Positions 36,817-49,237 of a DNA stretch of 64,000 nucleotides are shown piece after piece. This stretch comes from Fistulifera solaris (Eukaryota). The notes under the pieces are model-generated. The model did not search any database. It was not told the origin of the DNA and saw nothing but the letters and a program-made list of their open reading frames with translations. The translations under genes were made by a program, and so were the position numbers. Every line of letters begins with the position of its first letter. Position 1 is the first letter of the stretch. The stretch covers positions 930,001 to 994,000 of the forward strand of contig AP026164.1 in NCBI GenBank assembly GCA_030295235.1, in the 5' to 3' direction.

Positions 36817-39191
36817 TCAGTGTTCTCTGAGCACGTGGTTGTCAAGCTGTTGCCGAGAATCGAAGATCATGTCACAAGATGCACAGTAAAGACCATGGAT
36901 TTCACGACAGTGAATGTCTCTCGAGTATTTTCCGTTAACTATTCGATGGCACTCCCCACAGTCAAACTGCTTCCTTGGCGATCCGACGGAAACCATCGTG
37001 CTTGCTGAGTCGCTAATCTCGCTTCGAAGTGAACGGATGTCGAGTATATCGTCCGCTGCCATCGGCACTGGTTGATGAATTGTAGATCGCGTCTTGTTCA
37101 AGAATCCAAGAATATCAGTTGCGGTGTTTTTGCCAGAAAATCTTAGCGGCCTCTCCGTATTTTGATCACCGACGTAGACCACATTTCCTCTATACACGGC
37201 TTGACCATCTTTATTGATCAAAAACGGTAAGCTGACGGAGTAGACTGCGTCTTTTGCTTTTTAAGATACCGATATCAGTATCACAGATAAGGAGTTGCTG
37301 TCGAAGCTTTTCTTCGTTTTCTCATTGCTATCCTGAAGAGAATCGTATCCTCGTGGAACTGGGAGGATACGATATCAACTGTTTCAGTCTCTTTATTCTC
37401 TTCTTCGTACAAATCGTAAGAGTCCACCGCTTCTTTATCAATGGAACACCTTTGGATGATTTCTAGGAGTTCTTTTGGCGAACATTTTCTCTTACAATTT
37501 TGGCTTTTGAAGACATCCGTGTTGCCGGATGATGAAAGAAATAAACTGAATCCCACGGTTTGTGTTTTCAGAAAGACATTCAAACGACCTGCTATCTCGT
37601 CGGTGCAATCAAATGTCATGACACAACTGAATGTCTCGAAGTTTGTTTCCTGATAGCTTGGCTCAGTGGCCAAGATGCCGCGCACAAAATCAGCAGTCCA
37701 ACCTATAACGCTGCTACTATCACTAGTCTCTGCTGCATTTAAAGAGGTGCATGACAGAATGTCGAGAATTAGCGTTTCAGAAACATGATCCGGAACCCAT
37801 CCTTCACTTACGACAACACGACAAAAAGATACCCCAGTGTCTACATTCGTTATGAATCAAAAATCCTTCTTGAGCATGGACAGGATGGCGGACCAAGTTC
37901 ATACTTGCCGAATTATACATTCCCAGTAGCCTGCTACAAAAGGAACGGTTTTCATGAATTGATGATAATTCCGATTCTCATAGAGCCACCCTGATCCATC
38001 AGCAAGGAACAATAATGGTCCGTTTCCCTGTTGCTCGAAACTCGGAGAATGTCGAATAACTTTCACAACCACCATTTCACCTTTCTCAATTCGCAACTTG
38101 TCGGCTCTTTGACTGTTGTACGTAATATCGGTGTGGACTTGAGTGAAAAGATCGTCAGTGAGAGCCTGATAGATTGCATACTGATTCAACAAAACGAGTC
38201 GTCATCGATTATAGGATCTCCGTTCGTTGTTATTGTTTTCAAATGTGTCCATCGGTACTCTAACTCGATCAAATACCCAACCGGGTGATGCTACCGTTGA
38301 GGCGGCTTGATATGTAATTTTGGTTATGTCTCTCATTGACGGAAGAATCGTATAGTCGTCCTGTTGTGCCAACTCACTCGAGCCTTCTGTTTCTGCTGAA
38401 GCTGATGATGACATTAGGTGTTGAAAGGGCTCACCACCATTATTGAAAAGACGTTTTTCGCTATCTCCAGCACTGCATGACTGTAAGCGGTAGAAAGTGA
38501 CGCCTGTTGATGGATGCTTCACGCGGGTATCACAGTATATTCTTTGGAGTGGTAATATTGTGCGGTTCAGCGTCTTCGAAGGCAGTATTTCGGGCGAGTC
38601 CGTGGGGTGGCTATGAACGGTGATCCCTTCAGGGAAATTATCTACGCACCAAGACCAAAGACCCTTTTCCATGGCTAATTTCTTCGCAGCAACTTCGTCA
38701 CTGAACCGTGCAGCAACCCATCCTGAAAGATCAGCTAAACGAAGGAAGACGTTCTCTCCGACCTTGATTACGTGGTCAACTTCAATCATCTCGGAGCAAC
38801 GAATAATTATTTCTTGAAGATGGTCAGACTCGCTAGAATTCGAAGATCTTTCGCTCTCAGTTTGCTCTTCTGAATCGTCTTCAGCCTCGAGATCATCGTC
38901 ATCTTCATCGGACAACAATTCAAAGATATTCTCGTCAATTTCCGAGTCGACGACACTATCATCGTCCATACTAGTTGAGGCACTGGCGCACGTATTTTTA
39001 TTGCGTGGTACACTGAAGAAGTCTATGGTGTTACGGCGGGCAAGCACTTCATCCTTGCGGACATTTTGGTAAACAAAGGATGGTCTTCGATCACCGGCAC
39101 TTCAGGGATGCCATCATGCCTTTCGATCCGCCTCCTGCAACGTGACCTCAAACTCTTCTTCTGAACATGGCGAATTCAGGGTTTTCCTCAT
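36817..39191 (-). pseudogene. Disrupted multi-domain gene with repeated beta-rich (SH3-like) modules and a C-terminal C2H2 zinc finger
   Basis: Collinear ORF fragments with repeats FLRLADLSGWV / LFLADGSGWL and TGVTFYRL..GWV / TGVSFCRV..GWV, ending CASCDMIFDSRQQLDNHVLREH. In-frame TGA at 38202-38204 plus several frameshifts. Confidence 0.55.
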
Positions 39192-39724
39192 TGTGATTGT
39201 TTCTGTTGATATCCTTCTCTATTATTTTGTCGCAAAGTTTTGTGAGCGACTTAAGCGATATTTCGCGCGAAACGACGGCATGAGCATCTCGAGTATTAAG
39301 TAGAAAACGTCTTAGGTGTTTTCTTTTGTACCACTGCGAACTATGTACTATCTACAAACATCCCGCAAAGAACTGAACTGACAAAGTTGTGACTATCACT
39401 TAGTTTTATTGTCCGTTCGGCTTTGAAAGTGGTATGATCAATGATCAACCTTCTCGAGAGTACCTCTTCTATGATGTATCCAACCGAAATTTGAGCTAAC
39501 TGTTGGTTGGACACTACGAGGTAAATACTGCAAATTATTTAAAACATCGGCCTAAGTAGCGCGTAAAATCAGCGGGAGAAGGCAGGAGCGCCATTTTGTC
39601 GTCCACGCAACCCCCAAAATAGCAACAATAATGAGAGGCAACAGGTTGTGAAACAAGTGCTGTTTTCTTTGCTACAGAAAGAGAGTTATCCAACAACATA
39701 TCGATACAAGACATTGACGAGAAA

Positions 39725-41152
39725 ATGACCTTCTTTGTTTCATTCGAACAAGCCCGCGATCTAGCGTTTGGCCGTGAAGAGTGGTGGAAGTGCACTGGTC
39801 GATACGGGGAGCGCATAGATGAGGAACAACATCTATTAGACCAGAAAACAGCTCGTCAACCGGTACGTTATAAACACAACAGGCGGAGCGAGAAAGGCAG
39901 ATCGACGATGTATGTAGGCGACTGGAGAGATGGTAGTTGCAATGGCTTCGGCGTTTCCTATTTCGAAGAAGGTTACGTTATTGCAGGGACGCGCACTAAA
40001 AACAATCTCAACCCAGCCAAGCTGGTGTGGTTGTCATCGTCGCCCTGCTGGATTAACAATAACTGGCCTAGTTCTGTGCTCCGTGTCAGAGAGGAAGATT
40101 TTGACGGTGATGATGAAGAGCCCACGGGCTTGCCTTTCATGTACCTCGGAGGTTTTGTCAACGGGCTAATGGAAGACGACCATGCCGCAGTTATTTTAAA
40201 AGATGGAACCACACGAATCGGGCCTTGGAAGGAGGGTAATCCGGTGGGAGATTGGTGGGAAGACCACGAGGAGCGATACACTACTCTGGAAGATATTGCC
40301 ACATTGCAATCGTTTGGCTCATTTTGTCCAGATCTTTCTAAGGAAGTTAAAGCTGTTAAAAAGAAGCTATTTGCGAAAGAGTCGGCATTTACGGCGATAA
40401 GAGACAGTCCTACGACCACTACAGTCTGCAGTGAATCGTACCGAGATAGTCCGACGCTTCAGAGAATTGATGAGCTCAAAGCAGCACAATCCGTTGTCGT
40501 GACACCTACGGAACGGAACTTTTCCTCAATGAAAAAAGTTCACATCTCTGATCTTCCCGAATGCACGGAGAATGAGGGTAGCATTTCTGATTTCGGTCGG
40601 TCTCTCACGACTAACATGTCCGGCAAAATGTTTCATCACGAATCTACTCTTTCGTTCCTCGACCAAAACTCCGACATCCTTGATGACAAGACTAGCGCCC
40701 AGGAAATTATCAATAACATCTGCAACTGGCTAAGCGAAGATGTCATTGGAACCGACGCCAATCCTGTCGATGTTTACAAGTACGCTACAAAATTCCAAGA
40801 AGATGGATTTCAGTCTGTTGAAATGATTCAACGATCGTGTACTCTCGACGACATCGCCGGCTGGATGAAAAAGGCTCATATTCGTGTTTTTATCGAGAAA
40901 GCCTTCGTACATCGGTCGGAAGTGACTACGTGGCTATTGGAAACAGTCATTCCGAATGCCGACATTGTGGAGATGGAGGTATACCGGCAGCAATTTTACG
41001 ACGAAGGTCTGAACTCTGTGGATGCAATCAAGACAATGTGCACTCCACAGGATATTGAAAGCTTCACATGGATGAAGAAGTTTCATCGTCGCAGTTTAGC
41101 TGCATGCATTAGTGCGAAACGTGAGGGCGAACTGCTTAGCTGCGACCACTAA
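39725..41152 (+). CDS. Hypothetical protein with MORN-like N-terminus and two SAM-like C-terminal repeats
   Basis: YVGDWRDGSCNGFGV and YLGGFVNG (MORN-like). Duplicated YATKFQEDGFQSVEMI...WMKKAH and YRQQFYDEGLNSVDAI...WMKKFH (SAM-like). Confidence 0.7.
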   Translation: MTFFVSFEQARDLAFGREEWWKCTGRYGERIDEEQHLLDQKTARQPVRYKHNRRSEKGRSTMYVGDWRDGSCNGFGVSYFEEGYVIAGTRTKNNLNPAKLVWLSSSPCWINNNWPSSVLRVREEDFDGDDEEPTGLPFMYLGGFVNGLMEDDHAAVILKDGTTRIGPWKEGNPVGDWWEDHEERYTTLEDIATLQSFGSFCPDLSKEVKAVKKKLFAKESAFTAIRDSPTTTTVCSESYRDSPTLQRIDELKAAQSVVVTPTERNFSSMKKVHISDLPECTENEGSISDFGRSLTTNMSGKMFHHESTLSFLDQNSDILDDKTSAQEIINNICNWLSEDVIGTDANPVDVYKYATKFQEDGFQSVEMIQRSCTLDDIAGWMKKAHIRVFIEKAFVHRSEVTTWLLETVIPNADIVEMEVYRQQFYDEGLNSVDAIKTMCTPQDIESFTWMKKFHRRSLAACISAKREGELLSCDH

Positions 41153-41508
41153 CAAGCTACGTAAGGGCCATGAAAAGAGAACCATATCTGGTAATTGAAC
41201 ACATCCCGAAAATTGCTATTCCTTATAAGAAAACTGAAAATCGAGATTGTTTTAGTAAGGGTGCTGTCAGTAAAAGGGTAGAAAAAGGTGAGACTCGGTA
41301 TGACTTGTTCTGCTATTCTATACCTGAGTAGACTTGGCAACGCGATATATACAAGTGGCCAACGTAGAAGTTTCGTTTTAAACTCCTTTGCTACCTCGTG
41401 TTATAATTAAGAGTCTTAAGCGGTCAAAACGTTTTTAACCAATAAATAATTGTATACCACAACTATCCGGTTTGAGTCCTTTCTCTCCGAAGTACAAAAT
41501 GAATTCAC

Positions 41509-41940
41509 CTACTCGTCTTCGTCCTCTTCTTCTTCCTCCCCCTCTTCTTCTTCATCATCGTCATCATCGTCTTCTCCAAATTTCAGCATCTTACGAGACA
41601 TACCGTCCCAAGTTCCGCTTGCTTGTGTTCGTATAACATCCTGATAGTGCGTTCCAAACTCGAGTGTTCCGTTGTAAGCCAAGCGCGCCGCCGCTTCCTT
41701 CTGAGCCCAAGCCTCGATACTTGTGTCGGGTCGAGTACCCAATACAGCACAAATCAAGAGAAAAGAGGACCCGTACCACGCAGCAATCACACCTTCCCAG
41801 CCTTCTCGTTTGGGATGACCTTCAAAGAGGACCGCTTTGCTGCTCTGCGGCACAGGCATGGCGCCCATGCCACGTTTGGCGGTCAAAATTCGTGCACCAG
41901 GGAGGGCAAATCGGCTACGTGTTACCACTGACGACCACAT
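41509..41940 (-). CDS. NDUFB11: Complex I subunit NDUFB11 (ESSS)
   Basis: Mitochondrial presequence, then REGWE-TM-RPDTSIEAWAQKEAAARL, the ESSS signature, followed by an acidic tail. Confidence 0.8.
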   Translation of the reverse strand: MWSSVVTRSRFALPGARILTAKRGMGAMPVPQSSKAVLFEGHPKREGWEGVIAAWYGSSFLLICAVLGTRPDTSIEAWAQKEAAARLAYNGTLEFGTHYQDVIRTQASGTWDGMSRKMLKFGEDDDDDDEEEEGEEEEEDEDE

Positions 41941-42414
41941 TATGGTATGTTATTCGTAATTACAACTATTTGACACGCACCAAGTGTTTCTCTTTGAACT
42001 GTTTTTTTTGGTGTTGAGATAGGCGTGCTGCTTTATGCGCTGCGCTGCTGCTACTGTACAAAGTAGTATGCTGCTTTGCTATGCTGCGTTTTGCTTGGTG
42101 TCCGACCTCCGACCGTTCTCCGTTATTGAAAATTCTTTACTCTGTATGTCTCACCGAGTACGAATCGAGTGTAAGATGAAATGAAGCGGTGACTTGTACG
42201 GCTCGTGACTGAACCATCACCATTTAGTCCCGTTACAGACCCTCCGTCGTGCGTCCCGCTTTTCAAAGCCAACCAAACGAGCAAAGAGAAAAAATCCGCC
42301 TAAAATTATCATCTTGTCGTTGAAAGACTATTGCGAAGAAACTTGACTTCTTTGAAAAGAATACATTTCATTAGATTAAACGCATAACGCGCGTCGAATC
42401 AACGCTTGATAGCC

Positions 42415-45400
42415 ATGGTGGAAAGCAAAAGAAAGAAGTTTCACGATAAAGACAAGTACTATCGACGTAAGTCTCGGAGACATTTCTCGTCCTTCTTTGG
42501 AGTTTGCCTTGCTATGTGACAATGGCTGGGAAATGAATTTTTGCATTATTCTTTTTTGGTTAAAGACCGACTAACGACTCATTTGTCTCTATTTTTCAGT
42601 TGCGAAAGAGCAAGGGCTAAGATCTCGTGCCGCTTTCAAGTTGAGTCAAATCAACAGAAAATATCCTTTTCTAGAAAAGTGTCAGCATGGAGTCCTAGAT
42701 ATTTGCGCTGCTCCAGGAGGATGGGCGCAGATGTCACTTAAAACCTGCCCGAAGGGTATTCCAATTGTTGCTGTTGATATTCTTCCTATTAGAAATATCC
42801 CAGGAGTCAAAACTCTCATCGGAGATATAACAACGGCCAAATGTCAAGCGGAGATTCACAAAACCGTCGGAAAGGTAGACGCCGTGTTGCATGATGGCGC
42901 TCCGAATGTCGGTGCTGAATACGGTAAAGACGCATACGAACAGAACGAATTGGTATTACATGCTTTGAAATGCGCTACGCATCATTTGTTGCCCGGCGGA
43001 ACGTTCTGTACGAAGGTCTATCGCTCAAAAGACTACGCATCAATTCAGTGGGTTTTGAACCAGCTCTTCGGTACCATTCATACTATCAAACCAGCGGCAA
43101 GTCGTAGTCAGTCGGCAGAAATTTTCTTTCTATGTCTCCAGTACAAGGCACCGACCAAGATAGATCCGCGCTTGTTCGATCCCAAACATATTTTCGCAGA
43201 TGACATCGCCGCCAGCACGGGTGGAGTCATGGCTAGTTCGTCGTCTGGATTGACTGTTCTTGACAAGAATTGGGACAAGAAACGTCGTAAGCGTGGAGGA
43301 TATGATATGGAACACTTGGATGCGACCATGAGACACATTGAAAGTGTTCGCGATTTCGTCATGCTTCCGGCTATGAAGTCGGCGGTGGACCTCTTGTCTC
43401 AGAGTACTGGGCTTTCTTTCTATTGTCAGTCATGTAAAGAAGAGCGCAACGCAGTCGACAAGAAAGACAACAAACTAACTTGTCCTTGCGAATTCCTGTT
43501 GCACCATCCCTTGACCAGTACTGATATCAAAGAATGTATCAGCGATTTGCAAGTTTTGAATCAATCTGACTTCAAAAGGCTTTTGAGTTGGCGAACGCAG
43601 ATGAGAGATGCCCTCAAGGCTAGGGATGAAAGGAATGAAGCAGATTCCGATGAAGAGTCTGACAAAGACGAAAAATCATCAGATATTGATAGCGAAGAGG
43701 AAGATGAAAAAGTGTTACAAGAAATTGCGGAGCTCAAGGCTCGTCGACAACGTGAAAGGAAACGGCAAAAGAAAAAGGAGAAGGAGCTGGCCGCTAAACG
43801 AAGACGCCGTGCGGCGATGGATGTTTTGCAAATCGACGAAGCAGAAGACGACAAGATTTTCACGCTAGCTACTCTTACGAGCCAAGCAGATCTTGACGCC
43901 ACCGTGGATGTCAATCTTGACCAGTTGACTGACGAACAGATTTTTGGGCACGAATCAGATGACGACGAGGGCAATGACCCAGGCAAAAACGCTGATGAGG
44001 ACGAAGAAGAGCGTCGAAAGGCTCTTCGCGAAAAGGCGCTAGACGATGCGTACAACATGTATCTACGAAATACAAAAAAATGGAGAGGCCAAAAGCGGGA
44101 CGAGAATGGCTAAGCGATCTAAGAAGCTTGAGCGACAGAAGGTACTTGAAGAGGCTTTAGAAGACCAGGAGATGGCTCTTGTTGGAAAGAGCATGAGCGA
44201 TTATAACACGCGAACATACGCGGAGATGCTGACAGGACCGAAAGACAGCGACGACAGTGACAGCGATGCAAGTGATGACGATGAAGAAGACGATGGTTTT
44301 AGCGATGATCCCATGACTCCCGAAGAGCACGCAATTCTTGTACAGCAGAGAAAGTCAGAAAAAAAGAAGCCTTCCAATCCGTTGATTCACTCGTTTGCCG
44401 AAGATGAGAAACCCTCCGTCAAGAGCGCTCGCTGGTTTAGCAATCCTCTTTTCACGTCGATCGGTAAGGCAGCAGAAGAGGCTGATATAGACAGCAGACG
44501 TCGAAGTGGTCGTTACGAAGAAGACAACTCTGATGTAGATGAAAATGACGCAGACTCAGTGGGTAGTGACAAACCAAAGAAGAAGAGAAAAGTTGGCATC
44601 AGCGCTGATGAAGTACTGGCAATGATCCCGAAAACGGACAAACAAGTTCGTCACGAGAAAAGATTAAAAGCAATGGCTCGCGAAGAACGAAAGAAAGAAC
44701 GACGTGCGAAGCAGTTAGGAAAATCAGAAGAAGAATTCGAACTTGTGCCAGCTGGGGAGCAGGGAAGCGACGAGAAGGATGATATAATCGATGGGATGGA
44801 CAATATGTCAGAAGCTCAGAAGAAGCGACTTCTTGAAGCCAGAGCCCTCATAAAAGCTGGTATGGGAGCTCAGCCAGGGGTACAGGAAAAAGACGGCTCA
44901 GGTATTGAGGTAGTTCCTGGGCAGCCCCTGCCTAAAGTGGATTTGCGCAATTATGGTGACGAAGATTACGATAGTGATGACTACGCCCAGACGCTTGCTT
45001 TGGGAACTATGATGCTGCGAAGGAGCAAGGAGAAGGCATTTGTAGATGCCTCGTATAATCGTTACGCTTGGAACGATCCGGAAGACCTACCTGACTGGTT
45101 CGTCGATGACGAGAACAAGCACTATCGTCCCCAGCTTCCAATTCCCCCCGACTCTTGTTGCCAAAATGAAAGAAAGAGTTTTGGCGTTGACGACGAAACC
45201 AATCAAGAAAGTAGCCGAAGCTCGCGCGCGAAAGAAGAAACGAGCTCGTGATAAACTGGCAGCAGCGAAAAAGAAAGCCGAAGCGATGGCTAAGTCGAAC
45301 TCAGATATGTCGGAAGCCATGAAACTTAAAGCGATTAGCAAAGCACTGCGCGGGCAGGATTCCAAGAAACCCGGCAAATCTGTCGTTGTTGCGAAGAAAG

Positions 45401-45516
45401 GGCGTGCTGGTATGCAAGGCGCCAAGGGCGTCAAGCTGGTGGACAAGCGAATGAAAGCAGACGCAAGAGGCATGAAACGAGCCGAAAAGAAAAAGGGCGG
45501 AAAAAGGAAAAGATAA
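42415..45516 (+). CDS. SPB1: Pre-rRNA 2'-O-methyltransferase Spb1/FTSJ3; intron 42467-42599; frameshifts near 44075 and 45147
   Basis: Spliced DKYYR|LAKEQGLRSRAAFKL, LDICAAPGGW, HDGAPNVG, KPAASRSQSAEIF, DASYNRYAW, LPDWFVDDE, PIKKVAEARARKK, KLVDKRMKAD. Confidence 0.95.
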
Positions 45517-46052
45517 AATGTTTTCTTTTGCCAAGGAGTAAATGAAATGATACGAAACTATTCTAGACTGCCTGTATTGTCGTCGCTATTGGTGTCTGAG
45601 CCCTTCAAAGGGTCGGATAGTAGACCGTTGGCTCAAGTAATTCATTTTACCTAGTAGTTAATTTCGGTTCGGATCTCGGTATCATACTTGGATGAACTGT
45701 AGTCGTTGAAGATCGATTATCAAACGAAGACAGTCTTTTTCTCCCAGGTGCTACCATTGACCATCATAGAGTTCCGTGACTCCCCTGCTGTCCTTAGATG
45801 TTTCGGCATTCGGGACTCAGAACATTTTTAGTTTTCAACTTATTGTTTGCGAGTGCGACACCTTAGAGACACCGCAAAGTTACACAAACCTTTTTCGACC
45901 ATGACGCATACCTGGTACTCGCACGCAAGGCAGATGATTCTTCAGGCGGTAGCCGTTCGGGCATTATTCGTCTTCGCTACCAGGTACACCCAACAAAAAT
46001 CATATATTGGTGTTTGTGTGAGAGCATCGCAATTTAACGTTGAGCAAGGCAA

Positions 46053-46928
46053 ATGAGAAGGTCTTCACACTCAACACGGACATGGTTATTCTTCATTGGC
46101 GGGTCCCTATTGTGGGCTACCTGTCGAGCGTTTATCTTCTCTCGTGAATCATGTACCGGTACTCGTCGAAACTTAATCCTCCATATGGTGGATCCCTGGA
46201 ATGAAAAGCAATCATCATTGCCAATTGTATTCGGTGAAAGCCAGCCTTTGAAAATAAACGGCGCCGACGCCACCGACGCTTCACAATTTGGAATGTCCGT
46301 TTCTCGAAACGACAAACCAAATGTTACCCAATTTCGACAACGCAATCTTGTCGTCGCCATCATGGCCATCGCTTTGGCGATCGGTCAATATGCCTGGCAG
46401 TTTACTCATCCGGTGACACCCGTTTCCTTGTTGATGCAGATGACACAAGAATCGAGCGCTCCACAAATCATCGGAACCAACAACAAACCCACATTGGTCG
46501 ATTTTTGGGCACCCTGGTGTGAAAACTGTCGCATCATGGCCCCGACACTCCGTGCTCTGCATGAGGAGTACAAAGATCAAATCAATTTCGTTACTATCAA
46601 CGCCGACGCTACGGATCGAAATCCATGGCCTTTGATCAATGCTTTTGGTGTCGATGCTATCCCGCACTTGGCACTGGTGAATGCACAAGGTGATGTCGAG
46701 ACAGCATTGATCGGCCTAGTACCCAAGAGTATATTATCGGCGGATTTGGACGTTTTGCTTCGGAATGCTGCACTCAATTGTCCGCCTTCTGCGACCAGTA
46801 GCAGTATGGAATCCTCTTTGGAGAGTACGACATCGCTCATGTGCACGGAACGTAAAGAACTACCTTACCAAATGCTAGACGCCTTCCAAGGAAGACCGGA
46901 ACAGCGAAGGGTGCGATTCGATCCGTAA
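46053..46928 (+). CDS. Plastid membrane-anchored thioredoxin-like protein, HCF164/TxlA family
   Basis: Signal ending CRA-F, TM segment, LVDFWAPWCENC active site, FGVDAIPHL. Confidence 0.8.
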   Translation: MRRSSHSTRTWLFFIGGSLLWATCRAFIFSRESCTGTRRNLILHMVDPWNEKQSSLPIVFGESQPLKINGADATDASQFGMSVSRNDKPNVTQFRQRNLVVAIMAIALAIGQYAWQFTHPVTPVSLLMQMTQESSAPQIIGTNNKPTLVDFWAPWCENCRIMAPTLRALHEEYKDQINFVTINADATDRNPWPLINAFGVDAIPHLALVNAQGDVETALIGLVPKSILSADLDVLLRNAALNCPPSATSSSMESSLESTTSLMCTERKELPYQMLDAFQGRPEQRRVRFDP

Positions 46929-47007
46929 GTATTATTTTAGAGAGAAAAAAAAACAGTCATATAATTAGTGCTACTGCTAAAAGCAAAGAGTGTTAGTTGA
47001 TGTAAAT

Positions 47008-47741
47008 CTATTTGACAGGAGCTGCTTTCGCTTTCTTGGCAGGAGCCTTTGCAGCCTTCTTTTTCTTGGCATTGTTGATTAGAGGATTCAATTCCTCGAC
47101 TACTTTAGCGGTAATATTGTCAACATTGATTTCAACTTCATCTTCCGTAGCGTTTCGCTTCAAGGCTTGAGGACATTTCTGCTCGAGCTCCACTAAAACG
47201 CGACCTAGATCTTCCTTACTAATTTGAAAGAGTGATTTCGCAAAATTGCGTCGATCCTGTAAACTGAGCTTGCCAGTCGTGTCTTCTTTCGAGGGAGGCG
47301 CCGGTGCCGCCATGCGACAATCTTTGAGCAACGCGGTGTATTGCTTGTCCCATTTCTCTTGCAAATCTTTGGCGAGAGTGTAGAAATCGGATCCGTCGGC
47401 ATTATAGGTCATGCAGTTACGCCACACGAGCCTCACGTCTTCGTTCACCTGATAGAGCGTCTGGTAATGGTCTTTCTTTTCAAGCGCGTTTTGATCGTTC
47501 CCAAGTCCATCGGGTGTTTGATGATGTGCGGGTAATCTGTCAGGCCTTTTGATTAAACGAAACGAATAGAGACGTAGCTATTCAGCAACACAACACCCTA
47601 ACAATAAGTAAATCAAACCGTGCACATACCGTAGGCCTTCCAATCTACTGGAACACGGAAGGGTTCCGCTTCGGGGCGATTGTAAAAACTATCGACCAAC
47701 TTCATCGTCCGATTCCAATCTTCTTCCGAAGGTGCTGACAT
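47008..47741 (-). CDS. Single bromodomain plus extra-terminal (ET) domain protein; intron 47546-47629
   Basis: Spliced AEPFRVPVDWKAYG|LTDYPHIIKHPMDLGTIK...DVRLVWRNCMTYN (bromodomain), then LSLQDRRNFAKSL...EVEINVDNI (ET domain). Confidence 0.88.
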
Positions 47742-48074
47742 GATGTTGTCTGTGATGAAGTAGTTTTTGAGTGAAACTAATAACAAGAGCACTTGAATGA
47801 TTGCTCTCACTTTGTCGGCTCTTTTTTAGCTTTCATAGCTTTCAGGGGGGAAATATCGCGGTTATTTTTTCGGCGCTTGATCTGCAATTTTGTTCGCATA
47901 AGGTTTAGGGCAAATAAGTGCCGGTATGACGCTACAATCAGGTAGAAGTAATTTCGCGACTGCATTTCAGTCACGTCCCTTGTATGGAATTATCCCACCG
48001 CGACGCCAAGCAACGCGAAGATCGAGAGACGAAAGGATAATCAATTTGCACTAATACGTAGTAAGAATAAGACA

Positions 48075-48467
48075 ATGAGCTGTAGATTATTATTATTCTT
48101 AACTTCTATCCTGTTGAGCTCCTCGAGTGCATTTATCATCCCCAAGTGTCGAGGAAGCGGTACCGCTTGTCGGATCAGCAGTGGATTTTCTTTTCGAGAC
48201 GACAATCAGATTCTCATATCCGCCCAGAAACCGCTGGGTCTGATTTTAGAAGAACAAGAAGATGCCTCTATAGCAGTCGTCGAAATGAACGAAACTGGAT
48301 CCGCGGCAAAAGCGGGTGTCCAAATTGGTGACGTGCTTTTGTCGGTACAAAATGCTTCTGTTGAAAACGTTTCTCTCGAACAAGCCATGACTTACATCGC
48401 ACAATCCCCCAGGGTAGTCAATCTTCGTTTTGTGCGGGCTATTCAAAGTCGCAATACTGGTCAATAA
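48075..48467 (+). CDS. Small plastid-targeted PDZ-domain protein
   Basis: Signal ending SSA-FIIP. KPLGLILEE, GSAAKAGVQIGDVLLSV and VNLRFVR fit a PDZ fold. Confidence 0.78.
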   Translation: MSCRLLLFLTSILLSSSSAFIIPKCRGSGTACRISSGFSFRDDNQILISAQKPLGLILEEQEDASIAVVEMNETGSAAKAGVQIGDVLLSVQNASVENVSLEQAMTYIAQSPRVVNLRFVRAIQSRNTGQ

Positions 48468-49237
48468 TATTGTTAGAAGCATAGGAGAGCACCTGGTTTC
48501 CATAGACACCGCGGGTTTATCCTCTTGATAAGGAGCAAAACACTGAATCTGAGTTTGCTTGACGGGAATGTTCGAGTCACAGCGACAGAGTTGCTAATTC
48601 ACATCCAAAGATTTGCCCGCTAATTCCTTGCTATTTTTGAACCTGCTCACGACAGATCGTGCGTTGTCTACTGCGTAGAGGCGCAGCTTTTGTAGTAACT
48701 TTTGCGGGAACTAGCAGAGCGATGGATCGCATGTTAAAATTAGTCTTGATTTGATATATTTTCGTGAAACATGGAAATCCTTTTGGTTGATAGACTCGAA
48801 GGTGTTTCTCCCTAGAGAGAGCAGGCCATGGCCGGAATCGCAAAAGCATCTCAACCTTCGGCTTGCCCCAAAATATTGCTTGTTTATTTTTTAAGCTACC
48901 TTTCCAACGATGCGTCCTTGGCAAAACTAGAGTCAAAGTCGGAATCGCCAATCACCTAAGCGGATTCGAGCGAAAGGGACCTTGCGATAGGCAGCTAAAC
49001 AGTTTTTTAATAGGCTTCGCAAGAATAGAGTATATCATCCACCCCAAAAGTATACGCGTTAGAGTGACAGCTGATGTATCGTTCAAACCAGTCAACTCTC
49101 TCCAATGCGACGATGATGACGCGAGAGTATTCCGAAAGTAATTCTCGATGTGAAAACACTTACTACTTGTAGAACCTCAGAACAGGCTTCTTCATACGTC
49201 TGACTTGTTGAAGACGGGACGAGTACGACACATCCTG

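Noticed and set aside
38202..38204. Selenocysteine codon
   Set aside because: No CxxU-type context, no recognisable SECIS, and the gene has several other lesions.
41509..41575. TCT/TCA/TCG low-complexity repeat
   Set aside because: It simply encodes the Asp/Glu tail of NDUFB11.
48631..49200. Possible extra gene between the PDZ and UPF0489 genes
   Set aside because: Only short ORFs without motifs, and I could not build a convincing spliced model.
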